The notes: a model not told the origin generated them from the sequence alone. A stretch of DNA of 63,134 nucleotides, filler included, from Octopus bimaculoides (GCF_001194135.2; 8 parts of 6 records of this genome joined end to end with filler, not necessarily neighbours in it); one strand, 5' to 3'. Positions 1-13,559 are shown, numbered from the whole stretch's first letter. Numbers and translations are program-made.

Positions 1-326
1 ATCCTAGCTCTGACAACGCATCCTTCGTGTTTGGCGTTGAAATGTTGGTCGAGGGCCAACCTTGCTGCCACTACGTTGGACGCGATGCCAGTACTAAGTG
101 CCTCTTCTAATTTCTTAACTAGGTCTCCCTCTATTCTATTTCGGTCTAATGCTAGGGCCTTACTGTACCTAACCGATTCTGACTTGATTGCTTTTTTGAG
201 GGCATACCACCATCTGTTGTTGATGATGGCACCCGTTAATGCTCTCTTAACTAAAGTGCTAATCCGATCCCTGTAAGCCTGGCGTGCCGTGAACGACGCG
301 TTCAGCTTCCAGTAACCGGGACCCTG
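1..326 (-). mobile_element. L1/Tx1-like LINE ORF2 fragment (endonuclease-RT linker), 5'-truncated, runs off the window start
   Basis: Manual minus-strand translation is open: LQGPGYWKLNASF...NRWWYALKKAIKSESVRYSKALAL...KHEGCVVRAR. The GPGYWKLN, WW..LK..IK and EG...RAR motifs are typical of L1/Tx1 ORF2 just after the APE domain. The 5' end abuts (TAGA)n at 327-363. Confidence 0.8.
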
Positions 327-363
<37 letters not shown>

Positions 364-451
364 TCTTTGAAGTAATGTGCATTTATTTTATATATCAGGA
401 AAAAGAAGCTAGTCAGAATTATGGACAATTCACTTTTTGCACGTTTATACA

Positions 452-785
452 TAGAGGGGTTGGACAAAATAATGGAAACACCTAGCATCATAGCATCATA
501 ATTTTGACGTAACTATAAAACCGTCAAAGCTTGTTTATTCTTATGTTTTTTTGATTTATTTAGTGTTCCTTAATATGTTTTGATAAAATTGCTGTTCTTT
601 TTCAGATATCGTCAGAAAAAGCTAAGTAAAATTCATTAAAATGACAGATTTATCGAACTTTCAAAGAAGTCAAATTATTGGTAGGCGCTAGTGTGAAGAA
701 AACGGCTAAAATATTTGGTGTATCAAAAAGTACTGTCTCGAAAGTAATGACAGCCTTTGAGAAAGAAGGAAAAAAAATCTCGTGC
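452..785 (+). mobile_element. Tc1-like DNA transposon, left end with frameshifted transposase N-terminus
   Basis: TIR-like TA-GAGGGGTTGGACAAAATAATGGAAACACC from 452. ATG at 641 gives MTDLSNFQRSQIIG, then a frameshift into GASVKKTAKIFGVSKSTVSKVMTAFEKEGK (paired-type HTH). Confidence 0.8.
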
Positions 786-1040
786 GTACATATATATAAT
801 TTGGGATTTTTTGCGGAGGGTGAAAGTGTTAACAAGAACAGGACAGTGAGAACAAGATAGTAAGAACAAACGGTGAGGGCTGTTGCGCCAAGACCATAGA
901 AAAATTATTATGAACGCAAGACAGAGAAACTGTGAGAGAAGAGACAGAAAAAGACAGGTATTTTCTTTAGGAAATATATATATAGATGTATGTATGTATG
1001 TATGTATGTATGTATGTATGTATGTATCTATGTATGTATG

Positions 1041-1455
1041 CCATTCTTGAGTTTTATTTCAAGATTTCTTGCCAGTAGAGAAAGAGCCGGTTTCTAACTT
1101 AAACCCAAGGGTCCTTCATTGGAATTTCAGCATTAACAATAGGGTATTTTTATTTGTATGTATGTATGTATGTATGTATGTATGTATGTATGTATGTATG
1201 TATGTACGTATGCATTTATGTACGTATGTATGTATGCATGTATATATGTATGAATATGTGCGGATTTTTTATGTATGTATTCCTATGCGTATACTTGCAT
1301 ATCTAGAAATGCTCATATATATTATGATAAACTTCGGGACACTTTTGCCGATTTTTAAACTTCCAGTGATGGACTGGATGTGTAGTCTTCGAATTAGCTT
1401 TCTCCTGTCTGGTTTCGAGAAGCCTAATCTCTCAAGATTGCTATTTAGGCAGTGT
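1041..1455 (-). mobile_element. 3' end of an RLE-type (R4-clade-like) non-LTR retrotransposon embedded in (TATG)n
   Basis: Minus strand 1455-1326 encodes YVTHCLNSNLERLGFSKPDRRKLIRRLHIQSITGSLKIGKSVPKFII, resembling the C-terminus of RLE elements. It is followed by a putative 3' UTR ending AATAAAACTCAAGAATGG then (CATA)n. Both ends abut (CATA)n. Confidence 0.6.
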
Positions 1456-2776
1456 GTTACATATGTATTTATGTATGTGTGTATGTATTCATGTATGCAT
1501 GTATGCATGTATGTATGTATGTACGTATGTATGTATGTATGCATGTATGCATGTATGTATGTATGTATGCATGCATGCATTTATGTATGTATGTATGTAT
1601 ATATGTATGCATTTGTGCGTGCATTCATTACATACCACAAAGTACTATTGCCAAAACTGACTGAAACACCCCGTCTGCAGTGCCAATTCATAAGCGTTCA
1701 AGTAGCCTCACCCGATAGTCTCATTCAGATGGTACAACTAAGAGTGAGATATGAAGAAACCAATGGAGTGGTCGTGTTTAACATTTTTATGATATTTAAA
1801 TACCAACACTACTTCCGCTTGAAAATTAACTCAGCTATTTGAATTTTTATTACTACGAACAAGAGATGTGCTAGCATTAATACCACAGCAATAACTGTAA
1901 CGAAAGCCGTGACAATGTCTTTTGCCGCAGCTGAGTGATATTTTCTCTACCATTACTGCGTTTTAAAATTTCAGTTTGTTGTATATTCCCTGATGAATAC
2001 TTAAAAAATATGTGAAAGAATTAAAACGGAATGTATAGTCATGTAAAGGAAACTGAAATAATATATTCGTACATCAATATATTCATTAAAAAAAATTGTA
2101 TCTATAATACAAATATTTAGTGACCTTTTGTATATGTTAATATACTTATATATTTATTGTGATATTATTGTATGTTTATGTGTGCAATCAGGTTCTTATT
2201 GAGAAAGTATATCCACCAGGTTCGTTTTCCAGTTCAGTACAACTAAACGGAAGCGGGAGCAGGAGCAGCTTATAATAACCTCGGTCTGACCAAAGCCATT
2301 TGAGCGAAATATATAGAAGATATAGCAGAAAATTATGATATATACCTGCATGCGTGTGTGTCTGGATGTGTGTATATATGTACATATAAGCATATATGCA
2401 TATAAATATATATAAAATATATGTATATATATATATATATATATATNNNNNNNNNNNNNNNNNNNNNNNNNNNNNNNNNNNNNNNNNNNNNNNNNNNNNN
2501 NNNNNNNNNNNNNNNNNNNNNNNNNNNNNNNNNNNNNNNNNNNNNNNNNNNNNNNNNNNNNNNNNNNNNNNNNNNNNNNNNNNNNNNNNNNNNNNNNNNN
2601 NNNNNNNNNNNNNNNNNNNNNNNNNNNNNNNNNNNNNNNNNNNNNNNNNNNNNNNNNNNNNNNNNNNNNNNNNNNNNNNNNNNNNNNNNNNNNNNNNNNN
2701 NNNNNNNNNNNNNTATATACGTGCCTATATACACATATATATAAACGTAAAGCACACACGTATATAAATAAACATT

Positions 2777-2849
<73 letters not shown>

Positions 2850-3849
2850 TGTGTGTGTGTTTGTGTATACATGCATACAATCTTCCGTACTGACTTTATT
2901 GCCAATGAAACATCTTGGGAGTCTTACTGCAGCCGATCTGCTCTTCGCAAGCAAGGGATGTACATACGATCGCTGTGTTATTGCAGTTGATGGTTTTGTA
3001 ATCTGTATGAAGGCAGGTTATGGGTCAACACGTTTAGCTTTTCTTTTTGTCTTTGTCCAGAGACGAGGATTTCGATTTATCACCCTTCAATGAGTCAGTC
3101 GTGGGCTGCTTTTAAATCTATCAACATACTATCATTCTGTACAAGTACCTAATATTTCCCTGATAGGAATTGGTTTTAAATCTTGGTACAAGGCCAGCAC
3201 TTTTGTGGCAGGGGTAAATCTTTTTTTACATTTGCCCAGTCACTGCATCAAAAACGAAGACTTGAATATCATCCTTAACACTGAGGGTGTTCGTGTATCT
3301 GGCAATCAGGCAAAACCTATATAAATTGTTAAGAAAACTGTGGCACATCACACATGGTACACGAGAAGGATGATACTTTGGAGGTTGTGAAAAACTATTC
3401 TGGAAAATCTCATAGAAGAAAACAAGTTGTTCAAGCTGGAAGAATGCAGATAACAGTTTTGGGGAGGATAAAACGTTAGTCTCAATATTAAATAAGAAAA
3501 TGACTATATATGACTGGAGAAAAACGGACCAATGAAATCTATCCTGAAATGGGGCATCGCAGGCTTCTCCGTAATATAATTCTCGGCAAATTCATTTAAG
3601 AGTTTCCCTTCGCTGATGTGATTCTGTTGCATATTAGTAGCACTTTTACGTTCTAAAAGTGTTGGATAGCGTTTAGTAGTCTGCAATATTTTCTACCAAA
3701 CGATCTGTTTTAACCAACGAAATCTGGAAAACAAGTTTAAATATTCAACTTTCCACTAGCATGCGACCAAACCTTAGTCATGGCAGACATGGCAATGAAA
3801 GGCAATAAACGTAATAGTAATATACATATAACACAAAGCGGCGATGCGC

Positions 3850-4030
3850 GGAGTGGTCACGAGCTGGGCTTATTCGCTTAACGCCATTTTATCCGTCTCA
3901 ATGTCGTGAGTTCAATTGCTGTCTAGATCCACTTCGTTTTTTATCCTTCGGGGTGGATAAAATAAGCAACAGTTGACCACGAGATCGATGTAGTTGCCTT
4001 GCACCAACCTTCGAAGTGTTTGACCTTGAG
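3850..4030 (+). mobile_element. SINE family A, degenerate
   Basis: Diverged match to the family A core (GAGTTCAA...TTTTATCCTTCGGGGTGGATAAAATAAG) and tail (GACCTTGAGCCAAAAGTTGAAAC). Confidence 0.6.
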
Positions 4031-4721
4031 CCAAAAGTTGAAACAAACATATAACTGATTGAGTTTGTTCTAGAAAGACATAAAGTCATTAAAATTCCAT
4101 TTGGAGACAACAGAATAAAATATAATGAGAGTCCTTAAAATTTAACTGGATTTGAGCCTTTGTCCTATGATTAATTGATGAATAATGTAGCTAAGCAATG
4201 ACAAATTAGATTGCGCGAATAAATAAACCTTTGCTAGATTCGAACCTTATATATATATATTTGTGTGTGTGTGTGTGTATGTGTGTGTGTGTGTGTGTGA
4301 TATTAAACAATAAAGAGAATGATGTCTACACAAAACATGGACAAACAACGCAATCCAATTTACAAAGCTTGAAAACAGTAGAAGCAATAAGACTTGTCAC
4401 ATAAATGATGATGCTGACGTAGATACATTTCTTTTATTAGCCACACAGGGCTCAACGAAGATGGGACAAATACAATGTAGAGCTTTTCTTTTTGGGAGGG
4501 GGAAGGAAGNNNNNNNNNNNNNNNNNNNNNNNNNNNNNNNNNNNNNNNNNNNNTTAATTAATTAANNNNNNNNNNNNNNNNNNNNNNNNNNNNNNNNNNN
4601 NNNNNNNNNGAATTTTTATTTTTACAAGTAAAAATTCGAGCTAAGTTTTATTCTCAATTTCTTCTAACTTTTATTCTTTATTCTTAAAAAAAAAAAAATG
4701 TATGTAAGTATACATATATAT

Positions 4722-4776
<55 letters not shown>

Positions 4777-5243
4777 CATATATATATGCATGTATATACA
4801 CACACACTCACACACATACATTGATATGTATATGCATGAACGTATACATATATATGTGTGTGTGTGTGTGTGTGTATGTATAAACACACACACACACACA
4901 TATGTATATGTACATGCACACCTAGACACACACGTTTTTTGCTTTAGAGTAAAGTCTCAGGTGCATACAAAGTATAATATCAATTAATAAATAAGAGAAG
5001 TGGCATTAAATAATTACCTTAATTAGCACACAGCTGTTTCTGCTGAAAGAACACGAGTACAGAGAGCTGAGGGCTTATGTTTTATAGGTATTTCATTAAA
5101 GACACAACTAAATTTGAGTTTTATCCAGTCTTTTTCTTTTTCATATTTTCCTATGGGATATTGCAGTTTATTGTTTGAATCAAGTGCAAAAACTCAATAA
5201 CATGTGAACACAGTTGTGTCTGTAATGAAATATATGTATACCA

Positions 5244-5606
5244 ACGTCGCCTTCGTAGCACTTGTGCCAGTGGCATGTGAAAAGACATTCGAGCAAGATC
5301 GTTCATCACCATCCTGGCACTTTTGCCAGTGGCACGTGAAAAGACATTCGAGCGAGATCGTTGCCAGTGGCGATGGGCTGGCTCCTGTGCAAGTGGCATG
5401 TAAAAAACACCATTTCGAGCGTGGCCGTCGCCAGTACCGCCTGACTGGCCTTCATGCAGTTGACACGTAAAAGCACTCACTACACTCTGAGAGTGGTTGG
5501 CGTTAGGAAGGGCATCCAGCTGTAGAAACTCTGCCAAATCAGATTGGAGCCTGGTGTAGCCATCTGGTTCACCAGTCCTCAGTCAAATTGTCCAACCCAT
5601 GCTGGC
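5244..5606 (+). mobile_element. RTE LINE 3' UTR fragment
   Basis: Same sequence as the 3' UTR of the RT-bearing copy at 55647-56628 (GGTTGGCGTTAGGAAGGGCATCCAGCTGTAGAAACTCTGCCAAAT...CCAACCCATGC). Contains internal repeats TGCCAGTGGCAYGTGAAAAGACATTCGAGC. Confidence 0.85.
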
Positions 5607-5799
5607 CCTGTGTCAAAATTTTGAAACTGTTATCATATTCCCATTTTCTGGCTTTACATTCTGAGTTCTGTCACCAAGATTGACTTTGTCTTTCATCCCT
5701 TCAGTCAAGCCCCAGGGTGTTGGTGGTGGGGGTGGGGATGTAATCGACTAACCACTCATCACAAAATTCCAAGCCTTATGACTATAGCAGAAAGGATTA

Positions 5800-6247
5800 T
5801 TATTATTGTTGTTGTTGTTGTTGTAATGGTGGTGGTTATGGTTGTCCTTGTTCTTGCTATCATCATCGTCGTCGTCATCACCATCATCATCATCACTGTC
5901 ATCGTTGTCATCGTCATCACCATCATTATCACCACCATCTTCATCAACATCATCACCATCATCTTCATTGTCATCACCATTATCATCATCATCATCATCA
6001 TCATTAGCTTCATTATCGTCATCGTTGTCATCGTCATCATTATCACCCTCATCATCATCATCACCCTCATCATCATCATCGTTGTCGTCATCATCAACAT
6101 CAACATCATCACTATCATCATCATCACCATCATTATCATCATCAGCAGCATCATCATCTTCATTATCATCATCATCGTCATCATTATTACCCTCATCGTC
6201 GTCATGATTGTCATCGTCACCATAATCATCAACATCACCATCATCAC

Positions 6248-6279
<32 letters not shown>

Positions 6280-6709
6280 NNNNNNNNNNNNNNNNNNNNN
6301 NNGTTGTCCTTGTTCTTGCTATCATCATCGTCGTCGTCATCACCATCATCATCATCACTGTCATCGTTGTCATCGTCATCACCATCATTATCACCACCAT
6401 CTTCATCAACATCATCACCATCATCTTCATTGTCATCACCATTATCATCATCATCATCATCATCATTAGCTTCATTATCGTCATCGTTGTCATCGTCATC
6501 ATTATCACCCTCATCATCATCATCACCCTCATCATCATCATCGTTGTCGTCATCATCAACATCAACATCATCACTATCATCATCATCACCATCATTATCA
6601 TCATCAGCAGCATCATCATCTTCATTATCATCATCATCGTCATCATTATTACCCTCATCGTCGTCATGATTGTCATCGTCACCATAATCATCAACATCAC
6701 CATCATCAC

Positions 6710-6744
<35 letters not shown>

Positions 6745-6760
6745 CCACCATCATCATCAT
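5800..6760. repeat. Imperfect (CAT)n microsatellite, apparently duplicated across a short gap
   Basis: 5841-6279 and 6303-6741 read identical on either side of the N run. Confidence 0.9.
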
Positions 6761-7552
6761 CAGTAATAGTAATAGTTATAGCAGCAACTGCAGCTAGTCA
6801 TTTAGTTAGTCAGTTATTTGGCTAATAATAAGTTGCAGCTGTGGAAGTCGATTGAGTGTTTCCAAGTTCATTTATATACTTACTAAAAGTTGACAGCAAG
6901 AGAAAGGAAGAGACTAAACACATGATATGATTCCGAATAATGGCTGCTTAAAATTAACAACCACTTCACAATGTTACCCTTACCCCCACACCACACCATA
7001 CCACCCCGTTCCGCAACCTCTCTACCGACATTTCCATTTGCAATCATTCTTCGAATGTAAACATGACAGGGAATCCTGCGAGCGCAGTTTGAGAATATAA
7101 TGCATATCTAACAATCCGAACTAATTAAACTGTAAGAGACTGTGAAGAGAAGCTTAGCAAAAGGAGAATTACAGCTTTGACATAACTAGATAGGAAAATG
7201 TGCCGAGAAGAGACTGAAGGTATACAGGAAGACAGAGAAAGGGGAAAATAATGAGGGAGTAGAAGGAAGAGGAGAATGTTCTGTGTATATCAGCCAATTT
7301 GGTATAATTAATCATAAAGTGAACATTTATCAGATTTAATGACACACAATAGATTTCGAAAAACTGTGGCTCTATTGCATAAGATGTTTGGCTTCCCATT
7401 CAAATTCTCAAGAGATTAAATTTTGTAAATGGTATCTAAGATTTTGATCTTGCTTGCCAAGTGCCTATGTTAAATAAATAATGTGTTATTTAGATACTAG
7501 CCTTACCTTGGTTTGTTTTAATCCTCATTATAATCTTCTGGTCTTGAGTAAA

Positions 7553-7716
7553 AGTGGCTGTGTGGTAAGAAGTTTGTTTCCCAATCACAAGGTACCAGCT
7601 TCAGTTATTCTACTGCATGGCACCTTGGGCAAGTCTCTTCTACTATAGCCTTGGGCTGACCAAAGTTTTGTGAGTGGATTTGATAGACGATAACTGAAAG
7701 AATCCCATTGTATATG
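7553..7716 (+). mobile_element. CORE-type SINE (family B), 5' part
   Basis: GTGGCTGTGTGGTAAGAAG head and GCACCTTGGGCAAGT CORE-like motif. Possibly the octopus OR2 family; that name is unverified. Confidence 0.85.
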
Positions 7717-8403
7717 AACTACTGACGATATATATTATTGAACATTGATATGTTTGCGTCTTTTATTTGGGATATCTACTATATCAGGACTTTAACCCAC
7801 ATGGATATACACAAGATTACACCTAAAGACTTACACTTATGGATATACGTAGGATTGCACGTAAGGACTCATGCTCTGGATTCTATAATTTCAGAAAGTT
7901 GAACTATGAACTTTTATGCTTCTTTTTACTTCTCTTTTTCCATCTCCTTATTCTTTTACTCCATTCCTCTATGTCGTCATCTTATTAATATATACCATTC
8001 TCATTTTCCCTATTTGTCTCTGATGACAGAATATCCAATACTCAGGAATATCCCAGAAACAGTTGTAAGATTTTGAATTTCTTGCTATATTAATAATATT
8101 GTACATGACTTGAGATGTTTGCCTTGCCTTAATTTTTGACGTCCTGTTTAACAATTATATATCCACTGCATCGTAAATCTACAATGGCCCCATAACTACC
8201 ATCTCAGCTGTAACTTTGGAGCCCCAGTAATCCATTATAGTACTTACCTAGCATACCTAATCGTTTAGATCACCTGTGAACTAAGCCCCATACATTGTAC
8301 ATGTTTATACATATATATACACACTTATTCTTATTGGACTGCATCCATTCATATGAAAGAGAACCAAAGTCATTATCGTGAGAGGGTCATAGAGGAGTGA
8401 GTA

Positions 8404-8619
8404 AAGGCGGCAAGGTGACAGAAACGTTAGCACACCTGGTGATATGCTTTGCATTATTTCGTCAGTCTTCACTTTCTGAGTTCAAATTCCACCGAGGTCG
8501 ACTTTGCTTTCATCCTTTCGGGGTTGATAAATTATGTACAAGTTGCGTACTGGGGTCAATATAATCGACTGGCCTCCCCTCCCCAAATATGTCGGGTCTT
8601 GTGTCTAGAGTAGAAAAGA
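8404..8619 (+). mobile_element. SINE family A, full-length short-tail copy
   Basis: tRNA-like head (GGCGGCAAGGTGACAGAAACGTTAGCAC...GAGTTCAAATTCC), core GACTTTGCTTTCATCCTTTCGGGGTTGATAAA and tail GTCTTGTGTCTAGAGTAGAAAAGAT. Confidence 0.9.
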
Positions 8620-9259
8620 TAGTTACATGTTGATTGTTTTTAAGGTGATCGATTAAAGATGCATGGATGGAATGATAAGGGAGAGAGAGAGACAGAAAGA
8701 GAGAAGGAGACAGACACAGAGAGAGAGAGAGGGACAGAGACAGAGAGGAGCTGATAGGAGAGGGGCTAATCGATGTCTGAGAGAAATGAGAAGATACGAT
8801 GTTAGAAGAGAAAGTAATTGAGAAGGAAACTGATAAATGTCAATTATGAGTGATAGAGAAGGGATTAATATGAGAGAGTGATGGATAGCTACAAAGATGG
8901 GTTTTAGTAAGGGTTGCTGAATACAGACAGATTGAATGCAGTGCTTATCCCTCATCAAACAACTGGCGTGATGGGAGAGAGATGGAGAAATAGCAGGGAA
9001 ACACAATAACAGTAAAAGGGGTGTGATAGAATAGAGGGTAAGAAAGATGGGAAATGAGCGCTATATGGACAGTTATATAAATAAACATAAGGATTGAAAA
9101 AGAGATTAAATGTAAATATCATACATTCTTGTCATTACCAATAGCGCTATATTCATTTTCACGTCTGTTGTTTCATACTTGAATGAGATGAGAAGATTTC
9201 TTTTTTTTTTTTTTTTTTAGTACAGAAATTCATCTCAAGATGCTGCCCTTTTGTCATCT

Positions 9260-9760
9260 TCTTCGTCAGGGTGAACCTCCTCAAATCAATTTGCACATTT
9301 CATTGCATCTTGCAGTATTCCTCTTTTACAAGTTCTTCCTGCTTGGAGCATTTAGCACTTCTTGATATAAACAACATGGCCCTTGGAATGCTGGCACCTC
9401 AGGCAAGTTGTATTTCGGTGAGTGCAAGCTGACAGTCATGGACGTTTTCTTGTCTTTGTCATGCCCTACTTGGCACTCCCTAGCACATGGAGCCCTGAGC
9501 AACTGCCAAAGATGCTGGTACCTTGAGCTGACCCTGACAACATCCTTTATTTGCATCACATGTCCGTACCTGGCACTTATCTTTCTTGCACACTATTCAC
9601 AAATCTCATCTCAGCTCATTTCAGCTCCAGCATTTGTACACCATGCTATTACATTTCCTAATGGTCTTTGCTCTAATTTCTTTTCAAATTTCACAAGTCC
9701 TATGCATTCAAATCCAACATTTTGCTACAATGCAGCACTACATTCCACTCATATATAACA
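9260..9760 (-). pseudogene. Possible highly degenerate LINE ORF1 (CCHC knuckle) remnant
   Basis: Broken minus-strand motifs KCQ/RYGHV, CARECQVGH, CLRCQHSKGHV and KCAN recall Gag-like knuckle arrays. Many stops and frameshifts. Confidence 0.3.
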
Positions 9761-9912
9761 ATACAATCTGCTCATTACTCCAAGAGATAAACCTTTTGTT
9801 GCCTGAAATGGTAATGATGCCTTGAGTCTTTTCCTAACCTTTCTCATTCTGACTACTAAGCTTTCAGAATACCCTGCTTTATTACTGATTACATTATGTA
9901 AATACAAGAATT

Positions 9913-10128
9913 AAGGTGGCAAGCTGGCAGAATTAGTAGCACACTGGACGAAATGCTTAGTGGTATTTCGCCCATCGCCTAGTTCTGAGTTCAAATTCCA
10001 CTGACATCGACCTTATCTTTCATCCTTTCAGGGTCGATAAAATAAGTACCAGTTGAGTACTGGGATTTGTGTAATTGACTTACCCCCTCCCCTGAAAGTG
10101 CTGGCCTTGTGGCAAAATTTGAAACAAT
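9913..10128 (+). mobile_element. SINE family A
   Basis: Head AAGGTGGCAAGCTGGCAGAA, core CTTTCATCCTTTCAGGGTCGATAAAATAAGTACCAG and tail GGCCTTGTGGCAAAATTTGAAAC. Confidence 0.9.
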
Positions 10129-12309
10129 TATGTAGATATGAGAAGCTGTCAACTGCTATGAAATTATTTGTGCATTTGAAGAGATATATATTCACATGCA
10201 GCCATATTACTAATTATTTTTGAGCATTTACTACACATGGAGCTAACCTTCCTGACCAATTTGTCTCCAGTGCCAACATGCCTCTTTTACATTTGCAGTC
10301 TTTGAAGAGCAATGCATGGAAGTTTTACCCCTTGTTACTTAATAATGCAACATTCTGAAGTAACCCCAAATATCCTAAAATATTGCCATGCTCCGCAATA
10401 AGGAACACTGCTCTAGATTAAACCAAGAAAATAATAACTAAATTGACTAGATGTTATACAAATTGTTTTCTTGCCAGATATTGACAGACAAGATGAAACT
10501 ATTTGTCACTTCCAACTGACACCATATTATTTTATCAATAATTAATCAAATTAGATAATTATTTAATGTTACATAAAACAGAATTCAAGAAGACTGGTTG
10601 TGGTGTGGGTCGGTAAGATTTGCATTATATGGAAAGAGCAATGGAACGAATGCAATGAAAATGTCATCGTAAAGAGCAAAGTACCCAGTGTTTCAGACTG
10701 AGGTCTTCTGCAGGAAATTGAAGGAACAACTTTGTATGTGCAGACTCCAAGCCATGGCACTGACAGATTTAGATGATTGTTTTTTTTTCCACTCTTTTAT
10801 TTTTCTTTTCCTTCATTAATGCCACTTTTATCCTTCAGCACTTTTTCACGTTAATTTCTTCCTCCCTTCATCTTTACATTTCTCTTTTCTTCTTTTCTCA
10901 CCTAGTTTCTCTCTCCTGCAACTTCCTGTCTGTATATGCAAGCTCAGGTTGTCTTTCATTTTCATCATTTGTAGCCAGTCGCTCAAACAAAACCCTGATC
11001 TATTCTGTCTTTCTCCCTTCACATCATAACCATAAGGAAGAAATCTTCCTGAAACATTGGCTACTTCACACCCCCAGCAATTCCACTGAACTAATTCTAT
11101 CACCTTTCCCAAATAATACTTAATGTTATTTGAAAATATACAATTTATAATGTATTTTAAAAAAGATTTCTAAACCAAGACTTGTCTTCCATTTATGAAT
11201 TACCATAAATAGATCTACTAAATTGGATACATTTCTTCTCTATTAAATGTTTCATATTTTTGTGAACAAGTATCTCAACAATAGATATGAATATTGTTTG
11301 CCATCAGGTGCCACTCAGACGAAGCGATGTGTCTTCGATTGCCTTTGAAGTTTGAGGTGAATTATTGAAGATTTCACGTTTGCCCTTTGGCATTAGCAAT
11401 GAACAACCTATTTTCCGAAAAACAATAGATTTAATAAAAGTAATCATCTTAGTCGTATTTACTTATTGAGGCCTCATTTGAAAATTAATATGGCAAAACA
11501 ACACTGTAGTAACAAAACCGTTCCAAAGATAAAATCCAGAAATTCAAAATATAACCAGACTCCAACAATAAGTAAATGTCACAATCAAATACTTGTTGCT
11601 TTGGTTGTTGAGTGGTTTTAGTTGGTCTGTGGTGATGACTGATTGAGTTGATAAATGAAAATGTGGCTTTAGGATGGCGTGAAGAAGTAACATTTAACAG
11701 AAGATTTTATTATTGCACATTGAGTCAAACTGTGTTGGTAGGGGTGTAGCCAGGTTTTACACTTAAAGGGAACAGGACATAAAAACAATGGTACCGTGAC
11801 ACATACCAAACAATGTTTAGCTCATTAATTATACATTTTATAAAAGGCGCCAATTTTGAAAATTGTGCTCGTGGGGAGCAGTCGTGCCCCTTGCCCTCCT
11901 ATTAGCTGCATTAATGTGTAGCAACCTTTTACAAATCAAAATAGCAAAAATTACATACTGAGGGAGATGGAAAAAACTGCACCACATTTGAAGAGGTTTC
12001 TTATGGGGCATTGTGTGAATGTTAGGTTCAGTGTGTCCAAGAACCTGGAGTTGTCTGCATGATATCTAAAACCATCTGGTGTGGCAAGAATGGGGGCACA
12101 TATTGAGCAGCTGCCTCAAGATTTTGCATGGCAAGAGTTGAGTCCTGTGAATAAGTTGACCGTTCTTAATGTTCTGCAAAGAGTGTTGGCACCAGAAATG
12201 GCTTTTTATAGGGAACAAGATTCTAGATTGAATCATGCGGCAGCATCATGCTGAAAAACTGTTTATATGCATGTATGCATGTATGTTTGTATATGCATGC
12301 GTGCATGTA

Positions 12310-12633
12310 TCTTTTATCTTCTTTTTCTTTTACTTGTTTCAGTCATTTGACTGCGGCCATGCTGGAGCACTGCCTTGAAGTATTATAGTTGAGCAAATCG
12401 ACCCAGTTCTTTTTTTAAAATCCTGGTACTTATTTTATCAGTCACTTTTGCTGAACTGCAAGGTGATGAAGGCAAACACAGATGCACACATGCTCGCTTC
12501 TTTCGGTTGCTGTCAAGCAAATCCATTCACAAGGCTTTGATCTCCCAGAGGTTATATCAGAAGATACTTGTCCCATGCAGTGGAACTGAACCCAGAACCT
12601 TGTGGTTGAGAAGCAAACTTTTTACTTCACAGT
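12310..12633 (-). mobile_element. CORE-type SINE (family B)
   Basis: Reverse complement of the family B tail (TTACTTGTTTCAGTCATTTGACTGCGGCCATGCTGGAGCAC) through to the head. Confidence 0.85.
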
Positions 12634-13559
12634 CAGGGTAAAGTTAGATAACCAGATAGATAGGTGTATATATATACACACACACACATATATATATATC
12701 ATTGATCTAATTTTCTAGATGTTAGTAAGCATGATACCATTTTTTCAAGGCAAAATATTATTAGCAACTAAGAACTGTCCAGATGTATGAAGAATGCAGA
12801 GAGCTTCAGAGAATTTTTCATCAACCATGGAAACTTTTCTATCGTGAAACTGTATGTTCTCCTGCATGTATAACTGGAGTAAAAATGTCAGAAAAGCAAA
12901 AAGAATATAAAACAAATATTGTATTATTCCAATTTGGGGGAATTCTGGTGCTTCAGTCAGCTTTTTCCGAGACCTGCAGCACAAGAACTTCGAGGTGTAT
13001 TTTTTATGCACCTAATATTTCAGAACGTTTGCTCAAATCATTGTCGTCTTGAAATAATATCAATAATTTAACTATTGAACAAAGTTTGCGGCATAGACTT
13101 TAGAGAAAACTCTTATGTACAAATAGAGGAGAGTAATCGAAGATCGACCATTGAAGTATAAACTTGAATATTTGGCACAGTATCTGTTGAATTGTTCTGC
13201 TTAACATATTTATATTCTCCATAGAAACATTATCTATTCATTCTGCATCTACCATAGAAACATTACCTATTCATTCTGCCTCAAGAAATCTAAAGATTCT
13301 ATAAGAAGAATGAGGTGAATGCGTATACTTTCAACAAAGGTACCCCCGAAACTCACGCAGATAACATTCTTGTTTCAATGAAGCAATTACCTCTAAAACA
13401 CAAAGAACTGGTACAGATCTGTTCAACTTACTACAAAACATTAGCTTTTGGAAAATTCATGTGAACTTTCAAATGTTTTTTTTTTAAAATTAGAATTGAA
13501 GAATCCTAAATTTAGTGTAACTTAACAATGTCATCTCTCCCAACATCGGCTAAGTTTTC

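Noticed and set aside
1985-2020. CTGATGA...GAAA hammerhead-like words
   Set aside because: No credible stem II base, stem III or stem I pairing.
4554-4565. TTAATTAATTAA centred in 100-bp N blocks (also 15156, 19655, 35607, 42629, 48386, 59431)
   Set aside because: Identical 44N+12+44N format each time, with stops in all six frames. This is a scaffolding spacer, not biology, and true distances across these joins are unknown.
5759-6797. 333-339 aa poly-Met/Ile ORFs and a perfect ~440-bp direct repeat
   Set aside because: Translated (CAT)n. The identical copies flank a short gap, typical of an unmerged contig overlap.
8404-8500. tRNA-like A/B-box sequences (here and in other SINE heads)
   Set aside because: They continue into SINE cores and tails and do not form complete cloverleaves, so they are not tRNA genes.
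10846-11112. ORF with QWNC and CLSDWL words resembling a LINE APE N-terminus
   Set aside because: Similarity is limited to two short words, the following sequence is purine-rich low complexity, and the order relative to the possible ORF1 remnant is wrong.
12750-12860. Candidate upstream exon of the VWA gene
   Set aside because: No acceptor/donor pair gives an open phase-compatible frame, and there is no signal peptide or domain signature.
13219-13279. 28-bp direct repeat CCATAGAAACATTAYCTATTCATTCTGC (a similar short repeat lies at 16338-16383)
   Set aside because: Ordinary slippage-type local duplication with no further structure.
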